Counted from the first letter of the whole stretch, positions 51,657-63,625 are shown. The stretch is DNA of 63,625 nt, filler included, from Chiloscyllium plagiosum (GCF_004010195.1; 5 parts of one record of this genome joined end to end with filler, not necessarily neighbours in it), one strand, 5' to 3'. Made by a program: numbers and translations. Notes: a model not told the origin generated them from the letters alone.

Positions 51657-51765
51657 GCTGACATTGCCGCATGTGTGAACGGCAGAAAGACTGATGCTGA
51701 CATTGCCACATGCGTGGAACAGCACAGAGACTTTGGTGTGACATTGACACATGCACAGAACAAAG
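51657..51765 (+). repeat. Three imperfect ~40-bp tandem repeats (TGACATTGCC.CATG.G.G.AAC)
   Basis: Units start at about 51657, 51697 and 51739. Confidence 0.7.
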
Positions 51766-52596
51766 CACAGATCACCACTGAGATTGCACTATTACCAACG
51801 GAAGTAAGTGTTCCAGAAACTCCCGCTCCTTAACTCCTCAAACCGCGCTGCCGGAATGTGCGTTATCCCTAAACTACCTGCATAACAGTGAGATAGCTTT
51901 TCAATGTTGGCCCAAGCCAGTAGGAGGAATTTGCACAGTTGTCAGGGCTATTGTCAAGGCAGTTTGCCTGTTGACATTTCCGGTGCCTAGGTTGTGCCGA
52001 GTGATCCATGTGATTTTATTTCTTTTTCTCGTCTTTTTAGTGGTTTGATGCAGCTGAACAGCTTGCTAGGCCATTTCAGAACACATTGCTATAGATCTGG
52101 ATCCAAATATAGGTTAAAGACAGCAGATTACTTTTCCTTAGAGATATGAGTGAACCAGATAGGTTTTAGGGCATTTGACCGTATTTTCATGGTCACCATT
52201 ACAAAACGCACGTGAGCAGCGAGCATTGGAGCAGCACATGGAGAGCGAACCCTGGAGCAGTGTGCAGGCAATGAGCCCCAGAGTAGTGCGTCGAGAAGCA
52301 GCCCCGGAGCCATGAGCAGGCAGCAAACTCGAGAGCATTGCATGGTAGCGAGTGTTGAGCAGAGACTGGCATGGGAGAGGTAGTCCTGGAACTTACTTTG
52401 GAGTAGCTAAGTGCTGGTACAGAATGAACTGGAGGCTTGAAGTGAAGTGGGGACAGCTGCTAAACTGGGGTCTAGCGCAGGCAGTCAGACCATGTGTGGA
52501 GGCTCTGCGCTGAGCTGTTACAATGTCATGTTTACTTGAAAATTTTTACCTGACTGCTATGTCAATCTGTTAATGATGTCTTACTTCTAACTTTTT

Positions 52597-52902
52597 AGAT
52601 TAGATTCCCTACAGTGTGGAAACAGGCCCAACCTGTCCACACCAACCCTCCGAAGAGTAACCCACCCAGACCTCTTTCCCTCTGACTGATGCACCTAACA
52701 CTACGGGCAATTTAGCATGACCAATTCACCTGGCCTGCATATCTTTGTGAGTGGGAGGAAACCGGAGTACCCAGAGGAAACCCATGCAGACATGGGGAGA
52801 ATGTGCAAACTCCACATAGACAGTTGCCCAAGGGCTGGAATCAAACCTGGGACCCTGGTGCTGTGAGGCAGCACTGCTAACCATTGAGTCACCATGCCAC
52901 CC
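52597..52902 (-). mobile_element. HE1-type SINE
   Basis: TAGATTAGATT tail, V-core and reverse A/B boxes. Confidence 0.88.
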
Positions 52903-53629
52903 TTATTTTTTAAACTCTGTAAAGTAATGCAACTACTTCTTATTCCTCTTTTGTATCCAAGATTTGTACCGATGTACTTGTACCTAAGATGGCGCCATAA
53001 GAACCAGAGATGTAAAAGCTTTTCATTATACTTCTACAATGGAGCACAATAAAGGATATTCTATTCTTTTTCTACCTTTTAACTGTCTATTTAGCAATTG
53101 CATTCAAATCGCATGAGCTGTTGCAGAGGAATTTGAACGCATGTTCTCAGACCATTAGCCCATGCTTCTGGACAGCAAACCCTCTGTTATTATCACTACA
53201 CCTCTGCCCCGCAATTAAGTCCATAAACAGATCAGCCAAGATTATATTGAATGGCAGAATAGGTAAGTATAGATGCGCAAAGGGACCTGGGTGTTTTTGT
53301 CAATAAGTCCCTGCAAGCTAACAAGGAGGTGTGGTAAGAAATGAGGAAATGCCAGCTTTGTTGCAGGAGGATTTGAGTACAGGATTAGTGTAGTCTTGCT
53401 TGAATTATGTAGGGGTTTGGGAAGACTACCTGTGGAATATTTTGGGCAGTTTTGTTTCATTACTCAGGAAAGATTTTATTGCCATACAGGGAGTGAAGTA
53501 AAGGTTCACCAGACTTGTTTCGGTAATGGCTGGACTTATCAATGACGAGAGATAAGGCAAACTGGGCCATTATTTTCTAGAGTTTCGAAGGATGAGACAT
53601 GATCTCATGAACACTGACAAAGCATTTAT

Positions 53630-54353
53630 AGAACACACCAGATGGCCTTCTTCTTTAGAGACCGCAATTTCCCTTCCCACGTGGTTAAAGATGCCCTCCA
53701 ATGCATCTCATCCACATCCCGCACCTCCGCCCTCAGACCCAACCCCTCCAACCGCAAAAAGGACAGAACGCCCCTGGTGCTCACCTTCCACCCTACCAAC
53801 CTTCGCATAAACCAAATCATCCGCCGACATTTCCGCCACCTCCAAACAGACCCCACCACCAGGGATATATCTCCCTCCCCACCCCTCTCCGCCTTCCGCA
53901 AAGACCGTTCCCTCCGTGACTACCTGGTCAGGTCCACGCCCCCCTACCACCCACCCTCCCATCCTGGCACTTTCCCCTGCCACCGCAGGAACTGTAAAAC
54001 CTGTGCCCACACCTCCATCCAAGGCCCTAAAGGAGCCTTCCACAACCATCAAAGTTTTACCTGCACATCCACCAATATCATTTATTGTATCCGTTGCTCC
54101 CGATACGGTCTCCTCTACATTGGGGAGACTGGACACCTCCTAGCAGAGCGCTTTAGGGAACACCTCCGAGACACCCGCACCAATCAACCAAACCGCACTG
54201 TGGCTCAACATTTCAACTCCCCCTCCCACTCTACCGAGGATATGGAGGTGCTGGGCCTCCTCCACCGCCGCTCCCTCACCACCAGACGCCTGGAGGAAGA
54301 ACGCCTCATCTTCCGCCTCGGAACACTTCAACCCCAGGGCACCAATGTGGATT
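53630..54353 (+). mobile_element. PLE C-terminal ORF with Zn-knuckle and GIY-YIG endonuclease (truncated by a gap)
   Basis: CHRRNCKTCAH, NIIYCIRCSRYGLLYIGETG...ERFREH, VAQHFN and RRLEEERLIFRLGTLQPQG in one open frame. Confidence 0.93.
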
Positions 54354-54453
54354 NNNNNNNNNNNNNNNNNNNNNNNNNNNNNNNNNNNNNNNNNNNNTTA
54401 ATTAATTAANNNNNNNNNNNNNNNNNNNNNNNNNNNNNNNNNNNNNNNNNNNN

Positions 54454-55492
54454 CTGTGACTATCGATGATACAAATATCTCAGGAAGAAGCCCAGCAATC
54501 ACTTCTCTAGCTTCCCACAGAGTTCTCGGGTACATCTGATCAGGTCCTGGGGATTTATCCACTTTTGCCCGTTTCAAGATATCCAGCACTTACTCCTCTG
54601 TAATATGGACATTTTGTAAGATGTCACCATCTATTTCCCGACAGTCTATATCTTCCATATCCTTTTCCACAGTAAATACTGATGCAAAATACTCGTTTAG
54701 TATCTCTCCCATTTTGTGCAGCTCCACACAAAGGCTGCCTTGCTGATCTTTGAGGGGCCCTATTCTCCCCTAGTTATCCTTTTGTCCTTAATGTATTTGT
54801 AAAAACTCTTTGGATTCTCCTTAACTATATTTGCCAAAGCTACCTCATATCCCCTTTTTGCCCTCCTGAGTTCCCTCTTAAGTATACTCCTTCTGCCTTT
54901 ATACTCTTCTAAGGATTCACTGGATCTGTCCTGTCTATAATTTACATATGCTTCCTTTTTTTTTAACCAAACCCTCAATTTCTTTAGTCATCCAGCACTC
55001 CCTATACCTACCAGCCTTCCCTTTCACCCTAAAAAGAAATATACTTCTCTGGATTCTCATTATCTCATTCCTGAAGGCTTCCCATTTTCCAGCCGTCCCT
55101 TTACCTGTGAACATCTGCCTCCCCAAACAGATTTTGAAAATTCTTGCCTAATACCATCAAAATTGGCCTTTCTCCAATTTAGAACGTCAACTTTTAGATC
55201 TGGTCTATCCTTTTCCATCACTATTTTAAATCTAATAGAATTATGGTCGCTGGCCCCAAAGTGCTCTCCCACTGACACCTCAGTCACCTGCTATGTCTTA
55301 TTTCCCAAGAGTAGGTCAAGTTTTGCACCTTCTCTAGTAGCTACATCCACATAGAATCAGAAAATTGTCATGTACACACTTTAAAAAAAATTCCTCTCCA
55401 TCTAACCCCTTAACACTATGGCAAGTCCCAATCTATGTTCAGAAAGTTAAAATCCCCTACCATAACGACCCTATTATTCTTACAGGTAGCTG
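54454..55492 (-). mobile_element. CR1/HER1 ORF2 fragment
   Basis: HFGASDHNSIRF, WRKANFD and KSPGPDQ. Confidence 0.9.
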
Positions 55493-56258
55493 TTAGCATG
55501 ATTTCCTGACAACAGTTGTTATAGCCAAACATTTGTTGTCAGAAAATTATTCAAGTCTGTTATTAAGTATGGAATTTTTGAATATCTTAAATTTTCAACT
55601 GATCAGAAACAACCAGCAAGAGTTTATAAAATAAAATTCTTAGAGAAACTCAGCCAGTCTGTCACATCTAAAGAGAGACTGAGTTAATGTTTTGAATCAA
55701 TACAGCTCAATATTAACTCAGTTTCTCCTTCTATAGATGCAGCCAGATCTGCTGAGTTTCTCCAGCACTTGGGTTTTAATTCAAAGCAGCACAGTGCTTA
55801 CCTTTTCCGAATTCATCAAATAAAAGAAATACCATGCCTGACAAACTTGTTCCTTTCTAAAACAAAAGCCTATGGATTATATTTATATGGACCAACAGAA
55901 GGCATGTTCTTGTACAATAGAATAGATTTAATGTTAAGGCAAGAGTTTCTCTGATACTGAACCAACTCTAGCTATGACAATAATCACGTGCTTTTGCTTC
56001 CCTTGTCCTTTGCTTGGAAACTAAATGAAACTGTAATATTGTACAGAGGTCAGTTAACTCAACAGCCAAATAATCCTTAGGAATTGATGATTAAATCCAA
56101 CCCCCACTTTAACATGTGATTGCTGCTGTAGGGCTGTTTAAATAAACATTGGAGAGAAACTAAGCAGCATCCGGGGAGGTGGGGGAAGTTGGTAGGGTGA
56201 ATGTTAGCAGTGATCTCTGTATCTCAGGATAGGGTCCTGCCCAAGTACTGCAGGAAAC

Positions 56259-56283
56259 ATGCGCAGGATGTACCAGAAAGCAG
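56259..56283 (+). CDS. Tentative start exon (MRRMYQKA-) of an unidentified plus-strand gene
   Basis: AAACATG context and a CAG|GTAATT donor in phase 1, compatible with the exon at 58657. Confidence 0.35.
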
Positions 56284-57422
56284 GTAATTTGGTCAAGAAC
56301 TAATTAGACAGATATTGAAATGTTTGTTACTGTCTGCAGAGAGGAGGCAAATTTAATTCATTGAATAATTTGCCTTTCATTTTTCAGCTCACTCTGAGTT
56401 GGTTGGGTGTTTGTTTTCTTCTGTCCAGTTAACATGCCTGTTTTTGTTGCTACCTCTAATTCCAGGTTTCTTACTAATTCTACAGTGACGTTAGATCCTA
56501 AACATTTAAAAGGTACAAGCTACACACTCACATGCAGAGATGAAATTAATGTTTTGAATCAATACAACACACTTATTTTAAATAAAAAGAGAAAATGTTT
56601 TATGTACTCTGGCAACATCTGTGGAATGAGAAACTGAGTTAACATTTCAAGACAAATTACTTTCTTTCCCCCAGACCTAATTGTTCCCAAGGCTTGAGCA
56701 TTTTCACAAACAAAACAGAAATTGATGAAAAAAAAACTCAGCAGGTCTGACAACATCTGTGCAGAGAAAGCAGGGTACTGAAGAAGGGTCACTGAACCTG
56801 AAATATTAACTCAGCTTTCTATACACAGATGCTGCCAGACCTGCTGAGATTATTTCTGTTCTTGTTTCTGATTCCCAGCATCTGCAGTTTTTTTTTTGTT
56901 AAACTTTTTCAGCTGGATCAATCTTAACTTTTTGTGTGTTTCTGCTGCTTTTAAATTATCCAAGGGTTCAGAACAGTAAGGAAAATCCCAGTTTTAATGT
57001 AAAGAACAAACTGAAGAGTGTCACCTTACATTTACCTATTGATGTGTAATTATCACAGATTTTGTACCCAAGCAATGCTTTCAATTAAAGCTGCTAATCA
57101 GAGTTGTTGTCTTTACTTAAATTACAAACTGTAACCCGATGCCACTTTGAGTCAGTTGGAAGTTCTTAAAGGTACAAAAGGTAATGGAACATTAAAAAGT
57201 TGTTAATTAATTGCATATATTTGTTCTTGCATTAATTGTGCTTCTTTAAGAAGCAATGGTATCTGCCTGCAATAAGCTTAGCACTTTAAAATGCTATAAT
57301 TAAGTTGGCATTACTGAAATAGATAATACTTAGACTTAGTTTTAAAAAGACAATTATATAAATATTTGGAGCACCAAGGACTGTGGATCCAGCACAAACA
57401 GGTGCTGGTATGAGAGTAAATA

Positions 57423-57514
57423 GCTGAAAATGTGTTGCTGGAAAAGCGCAGCAGGTCAAGCAGCGTCCAAGGAGCAGGAGAATTGACGTTTCGGGCATGA
57501 GCCCTTCTTCAGGA
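57423..57514 (-). mobile_element. ~92-bp PLE hammerhead module with 13-bp TSD
   Basis: ATGAGAGTAAATA occurs at 57410-57422 and 57515-57527. The core (reverse) is CTGAAGAAGGGCTCATGCCCGAAACGTC. Confidence 0.85.
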
Positions 57515-58656
57515 ATGAGAGTAAATATCAAACCAAAATCAGGGTTTGCTGTGCCTAATGTAGGAAGCATTCAATGTGAAAAGTGTTTTAGTTACAATCC
57601 ATCTTACAAAATTCCTTCAATTATTTCTGACGAGCTCTAAAGTGTGACCTGAGGTCCCAATGTTGGACTGGGGTGGACAAAGTTAAAAATCACACAACGC
57701 TAGGTTATCATCCAACAGGCTTGTATGGAAGCACTGGCTTTCAAAGTGCTGCTTCATCAGGTGTTTGTGCTCTAAATTAGCTCTAAAGTAGGAATATCGC
57801 CTTAATAGTATAGCATAACCGTACAGAAGCTCTAACAAAATGTACTGTGGAACAAGGATTGCTTTTACGAAAGAGCATTATCCTGTATTTAACTGTGTTG
57901 TGTCTTCCTGATTTATGAGGGCTCCTTTCTGGCAATAACAAAGCACAAAAAATTAAAATAGTTGTATTTCTCAATTGTGCAAAATTAGAGAACAATGCAA
58001 AATTATGAGTCACATGATTTCTTTGGTTAATGCTCTTTGTTTAAAAAAAGTGTTCCTGTAAGTGATTTTTGACATCTCTTTGTGACTTGAATGTAAACAA
58101 TATGAATAACTTTGACTCTAAAATAACTAATCACTGTGTACATTCTGTTAGGTATTGGACATAGCATCTTGTTCTGTGTATTTCTCCAGAATGTATTGAG
58201 GTAATAGTCAAGTTCAGCCAATTACTTGGAAAGAATTCTTATGTCATGATGCAACACTTTATTGATCTTGGCTTCTCTATGCAGTGCCAACAAAGGTCAG
58301 CTATTAATTTCTAACAATGAAGACTTGCAACAGCTTCTAAATTCCACCGTTTCTGCACTGAAACAGGTCACTGGCAAACTTGAGTTTTAATTATTTTCAC
58401 TTATGTAGTCTTTCCTTGCATTATCAGTAACTTGTCCCTAATTGTCACTTTTTTTTGTTCTGAGACTGGCAATACTATTGGAATTGTGGGTTCAATCTTC
58501 AATCTGCCACTTTGTGATAGTTATGGGATACCTCTTACACAATGAGTACACACCTGTTATAATTATTATTATTATGAGTAGTAACTCATGTATCTTTAAA
58601 TGGGATGTTATGCATATATATTCAGTTTAATGTTTCCAATTTATCTTATTACTTAG

Positions 58657-58736
58657 ATGTGAGAACAACAGCAGATGCTTTTGGAAGCATTCCGCAACCA
58701 CCCCCATATGGTTTGCACCCACCACCTTACTCTGCG
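58657..58736 (+). CDS. Probable internal coding exon (D)VRTTADAFGSIPQPPPYGLHPPPYSA with two PPxY motifs
   Basis: Acceptor TTTATCTTATTACTTAG and donor GCG|GTATGC flank an open, GC-richer, non-repetitive stretch inside AT-rich DNA. Confidence 0.6.
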
Positions 58737-59199
58737 GTATGCATCAAAAATCTATTTCTACTGTATCAATCTTATTATAATACTTTGAAGCAATAGAAAG
58801 GAAATCCAGCTTATTTTTTTCCTTTGCAGAACCATTGATAGCAACTAAAACATTAAAAATGTGCTTTCATAAAAATAAGGATGCAACTTTTCAGATTCCA
58901 CTAATTCTGTTAATTAATTCAGGATGGAACTCTCTTGGGGATTCCCATTCAATTTCAATCTAATATTTAAGATGTATAATTATGCAGTAAATTATTTTAT
59001 ATTCTCTCATTTGTACGTAGGTGAGCTTCCAGAATTTATTTTTTAGGTGAAATCATGTAAGGGTAGTGAAATAATCTCCAGTGTGTTCCATGCATTCTTC
59101 TAATCCTAGCTGCATGAGTAAAGGCATAGCTGTAACTGTAACCATTCCAACGACATTGATAAATAACTTGGCAAAGTAAAGACTCACCTGATTAACATG

Positions 59200-59465
59200 G
59201 TTAAAAATCACACAACACCAGGTTATAGTCCAACAGGTTTAATTGGAAGCACACTAGCTTTCGGAGCGACGCTCCTTCAGGTAATTGTGGAGGGCTCGAT
59301 CGTAACACAGAATTTATAGCAAAAATTTGCAGTGTGATGTAACTGAAATTATACATTGAAGAATTGATTGTCTGTTAAGCCTTTCATCTGTTAGAATACA
59401 GTGATAGTTTCACTTCTTTCATGTGTAAATCACAAAACCCTTTTTTTTAAAAGTTGCATTCTCGT
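59200..59465 (-). mobile_element. Terminal repeat of another PLE-like family with a hammerhead-like motif (also at 57655-57765, 62875-62985 and 12570-12612)
   Basis: Recurring AAAAATCACACAACACCAGGTTATAGTCCAACAGG. The reverse strand reads CTGA-AGGAGC-GTC-GCTCC-GAAAGCTA. Confidence 0.6.
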
Positions 59466-59529
59466 TTCTTTCTTGTATCTGTTGGTTGAATCTCCCTCCT
59501 TTCTGCCTTACTTTCTATTCATCCATTAG

Positions 59530-60001
59530 ATAAGGGTGTCACTGTCTAGGCCATTATTTATTACTCATCCTTAGTTGCCCAGAGAACAGTTAAGAGTCAA
59601 CCGCATTACTGCAGTCGCATGTAGTCCAGATCAGATAAGGACGGCAGTTTCTTTCATTAGTGAGCCAGTGCGATTTTGTTTTTTTTAATAAATTTTATTT
59701 TTGTTTCCTCCCTTTTTTTTCCCCCCCCAATAATCAGCAATAGTGTCATGGCCATCGCCGAACCTATTTCCAGATTTTTATTGAAATTCAAACTCTACCA
59801 TCTATTATGGTGGGATTCCAACCCAGAGCCCCAAGGCATTACCAGGTTCTCTTGGATTAATACTGGAAATGTGTTGCTGGAAAAGCGCAGCAGGTCAGGC
59901 AGCATCCAGGGAACAGGAGAATCGACGTTTTGGGCATAAGCCCTTCTTCAGGAAGGGCTCTTGGATTAATAGTCCAGTGGTACTACCACTAGGCCACTGC
60001 C
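59530..60001 (-). mobile_element. tRNA-derived SINE of a second family (possibly SacSINE1/Deu-SINE-like)
   Basis: Reverse head GGCAGTGGCCTAGTGG...GGGTTGGAATCCCACC. Related fragments lie at about 25200-25470 and 52060-52200. Confidence 0.5.
59863..59957 (-). mobile_element. ~95-bp PLE hammerhead module with 14-bp TSD
   Basis: CTCTTGGATTAATA occurs at 59849-59862 and 59958-59971. Confidence 0.88.
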
Positions 60002-60417
60002 TTCACCTTCCCCCTCCTTAAGTAGAGCTCCTGGAGGCAAGAAAGCTAAGAGATCAGCAATAGATATTTTACCCATAAACAAATTATATTCCTATATAAA
60101 ATGTATATACCTATATAATTGACATATTGAATCATTAGGTGGTTGTTTGTGACCAGAGCAGATTTTTCGGTGTTGTAGACCTCATTGACTCTGAAGCATA
60201 AATGCTTCCAGTTCCTCTTTTGTTGCTGCTTTGATATGGTCCTTAAATATCTCTCTGACCTTATTTTTTTTCATTTTCCCTTGTTTTATTTGTTTCATCG
60301 CATTTTATGTCAGACTCTTGATCCCATCCATTGATGCTACTGTTATACATAAATCCCTGATTTCCCCTGTTTTATATCCAATCCTGATCCTACTATCTGA
60401 ATCCTACTCTGCTCCTG

Positions 60418-61760
60418 TTAAGACCATAAGAAATAGGAACGAGATTACACGATTTGGCCTCCTTGAGCCTGCTTCACCATTCAGTTGGATCACGCTAATC
60501 CAACTACCTCATGTCTACTTTCCTGCCTTTTCCCTGTAACTTGATTCCCCTACTGTCAAGAATTTATCTATCTCAGCCTTAAATGCACACAAAGAATTCC
60601 AAAGACACTCCACCTTCTGAGAGAAGAAGTTGTTCCTCATCTCAGTCTTATTTTTATGTTCCTTTATCCTGGACTATGCCCTCTGGTACTCGACTCTCCC
60701 ATGTGGGGAAACGTTCTCTCAGCATTTACCCTGTCAAGCCCATTAAGAATCTGTGATGTTGTGATGAGATCACCTCTCATTCTTGTAACCTGCAGTGAGT
60801 AGAATCCCAATCTGTTTAATCTTTGCTCATAAAACAAGCCCCCCATACCAAGAATCATTCTAGTGAAAATTCTCTAAACTGCATCCAATGAAATGATATA
60901 TTTCCTTAAATAAGGGAACCAAAACTGTTCACAGTATTCCACGTGTTCTTACCAGCACCTTGTACAGTTGCAGTGAGACTTCCCTATTCTTAAACTCCAA
61001 TCCCTTTGAAATGAGAGCCAACATGCCATTAGTTTTCCTGATTACACATTGCACTTGTGTGCTAGCTTTGAGTTTTATGCACAAATATCTCCAAATCCCT
61101 CTTTGTCAATCTGCTTTCTGCAGTTAGTCTCTTTAAACAATATTCTGTTCTTTGTTCTCCCTTCCAAAATGAACAATTTCACATTTTACCACATTTGCCA
61201 ATGTTTTTCTCCCTTAATTAATCTATCATTATATCTTTTTAAACTGCTGGTAACCCTCTCACAACCCGTTTTTCCACCTTTTTTTGTCATCTGCAAATGT
61301 GGCTACAGAACATTCACTTCCAAGTCATTAGTGCATATTGCACACCATAGTGGTCCCAGCATTGAGCCTTGTGGAAACCCCACTGGTCACAGATTCCAAC
61401 CCGAAAAAGAACCCCTTTTCCCAATTGCTGCTTACTTCCCATTAGCCTAATCTATAATGATGTCAATATAATACCGTCAACACCATGGACTCTTATTCTA
61501 TGACCTGACATTTTATGAGGTACCTTGTCAATGCCTTCTGGAGGTCAAAATACAACACATCTACTGGATCCACTCTATTGAGACTTCCTCAAAAAGCTCT
61601 AATAAATTAGTCAGACATGATTTCCCTTCCATGAAGCCCATGCTAACTTGTTTGATTAGATTATGATTTTCCAACTGTTCTGCCATGCCTTACTTAATAA
61701 CTGTTTCCCATAAATTTCCAACAATGAATGTTAGGCTACTTGGCCGATAGTTACTTGTTT
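60418..61760 (-). mobile_element. Decayed CR1-type RT/3' fragment
   Basis: TAAGACCATAAGA tail, RLNRLGFYSL..RMRGDLI, and ATGATTTCCC (GKS motif, reverse). Confidence 0.7.
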
Positions 61761-62984
61761 TTTTTTNNNNNNNNNNNNNNNNNNNNNNNNNNNNNNNNNN
61801 NNNNNNNNNNTTAATTAATTAANNNNNNNNNNNNNNNNNNNNNNNNNNNNNNNNNNNNNNNNNNNNAGCACTCACCCCCAAACCCTGTCAGTGATCCCCC
61901 TTCACTCAGCCCCAGCGCTCAACAGTGAAATTCCCTTTCAATCACCTCATCCCCTCACAGTGAAGTCTTCCATCAGCCCCACTCCCTGACAGTGATCCCC
62001 CTCTCTCACCCCCAACCCCCATGACAGTGATGACTCTTCCCTCACTCTCAGTAATGATCAACTCTCCCCCCTCCACCCCCCCGCCCCAACCTTAGAATGC
62101 TCTTCTCCCTCCTTCATTTCAGGAGACTGGGGGCAGGACAGGGTGTTGTCAGTGCAAGCAGGTGCTGTCAGAGTCATTGGGTTTGTACAGAATGGGGCTG
62201 GCAGCGAAGTGAGAGCTGTGTCTGAGTCAGAATCTCAAGCTGACAGTGGAATTGGGCATTGGGGCTGAGAGAGTGGGTTCAAGCCAGCAAAGGAATGGGC
62301 CCGAAGGGTCAATCCGGTGGGCCGGTGAAGGTGTTAGGTCTGGGAGAGTATACTTCAGGTAATAGCAGAGGGGTATCTGACTCTGGATGGGTGGCTTCAG
62401 GCCTCGGACTCTGAGGGGTTGGTCAGGCCAAGGGTTGGTCAAGCCAGTGTGGGGATGTTGTATCACAAGCCAAAACATCTCTTGAAAGAGTTATAACAAT
62501 TGGAAAATTGGGAAAAAAAATCAATTTGAGAAAAATCACAGAAATTATCTTCCTTAACCACAAAGAGAACCAAGCATGGCATCAGGTTACATTAAATGTT
62601 ATGGCCTATGTTTCAATCACTGATGACAATCCACTGCCTCAGAATTCACTGTGTAAAAAAAGCTCCTTTTCTCTGATGTACTCTGCACTGTTAGATTTAA
62701 TCACTTTACATTCTATCCATGTTGCCTTGTTCTACATTTTCCAATCATGGAAAGACTGAATAGTTTTGGTTTTACTCCAACAGAAACTTGCAACATGCCA
62801 ATCCTCTTTCCTAGTATTGAGGAGTAGATTCCTTCTTTGTTGCTCCTCTTACCTTTACTATCCTATCACACCCATGATGTGGAGGAACTGGTGTTGGACT
62901 AGGTTGGACAAAGTTAAAAATCATACAAAAATCACATTATAGTTCAACAGGTTTATTTGGAAGCAATAGCTTTCAGAACGATGC

Positions 62985-63625
62985 TGATGAAGGAGCATAC
63001 AAGGTTTGTTGGGAACGACCGAGACTCACGGTTGGTGTGTTGCCTCCCTGCTGCCAGGGTCCAAGATGACTTGGATCGTATCTTTGAGGTCCTAAAGGAA
63101 GAGGGTGACCAGCCCCATGTCATGGTCCACATAGGTACCAGTGACATAGGTAGAAAAAGGAATAGGGGTGTAAGGCAGGATTTCAGGGAGCTCGGGTGGA
63201 AGCTGAAAGCTACAATAAAGAGAGTTGTTTCTCTGGTTTATTTCCTGTGCCACGTGATAGTGAGGCAAGGAATAGGGAGAGATATCAGCTGAACACATGG
63301 GTGCAGGGATGGTGGAAGAGGGAGGGTTTCAGGTTTTTGGATAATTGGGGCTCATTCTGGGGAAGGTGGGACTTGTACAAACAGGACCATCTACACTTGA
63401 ACCAGAGGGGTACTAATATCCTGGGTGGGAAATTTGCTGGTGCAATTCAGGTGAGTTTAAACTAGCTTAGCAGGGGGATGGGAACATGAGGTGTAGTTCC
63501 AGCGCACAGGAGGAAGAGAGTAGGGAGGACATGGACATGATTGCACAATCACAGGAGTGTGCTGGCAGACAGCAAGCTGGTTTGAAGTGTGTCTACTTCA
63601 ATGCGAGGAGTATCCAGAATAAGGT
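62985..63625 (+). mobile_element. CR1 ORF1 SGNH-esterase region and start of ORF2 (runs off the window end)
   Basis: VCCLPAARV, VHIGTSDIG, LNTWVQGW...GFRFLDNW, YKQDHLHLN, then KCVYFNARSIQNK. Confidence 0.88.

Larger units (their letters stand above)
50450..51880. mobile_element. Non-autonomous Tc1/mariner-pogo (Tigger-like) DNA element, interrupted by CR1
   Basis: TA|CAGGTAGTT at the left and AACTACCTG|CA at the right form terminal inverted repeats with a TA-type target. Confidence 0.6.

Noticed and set aside
51657..51765. Repeat-spacer-like pattern suggestive of CRISPR
   Set aside because: Only three degenerate tandem units with similar 'spacers', inside a eukaryotic DNA-transposon remnant, with no cas genes.
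58285..58367. Possible extra plus-strand exon (ANKGQLLISNNEDLQQLL...)
   Set aside because: The donor is weak (GTCACT) and the phases do not fit the neighbouring candidate exons.
61867..62110. C-rich degenerate tandem repeats (ACAGTGATCCCC...) after the last gap
   Set aside because: Short, next to a gap and unassignable; likely part of an unidentified repeat.

Overview
This is eukaryotic, repeat-dominated genomic DNA. The repeat content (HE1/V-SINE-type tRNA SINEs, HER1/CR1 LINEs with (CTCTATGA)n tails) points to a shark or ray. Most of the window is nested, decayed transposable elements: Penelope-like elements (PLEs; RT plus GIY-YIG), a near full-length L1, many CR1 copies (two with an SGNH-esterase ORF1), about 9 HE1 SINEs, a solo LTR, a pogo/Tigger-type MITE and a Harbinger transposase remnant. 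A CpG-rich island at about 45.8-47.1 kb looks like a host promoter. It has tentative minus-strand exons, and a plus-strand exon pair at 56.3 and 58.7 kb encodes a tandem-PPxY peptide. The most notable signal is about 20 dispersed copies of a minimal hammerhead-ribozyme motif (CUGANGA-stem II-GAAA-NUH) from at least three PLE-related families. These occur as short TSD-flanked inserts, head-to-head fold-backs and one retrozyme-like mini-element. A 55-nt templated insertion copied from 3.9 kb away also stands out. Four 100-nt N/TTAATTAATTAA spacers are assembly artefacts. All family assignments come from motif recognition by eye; no searches were run.
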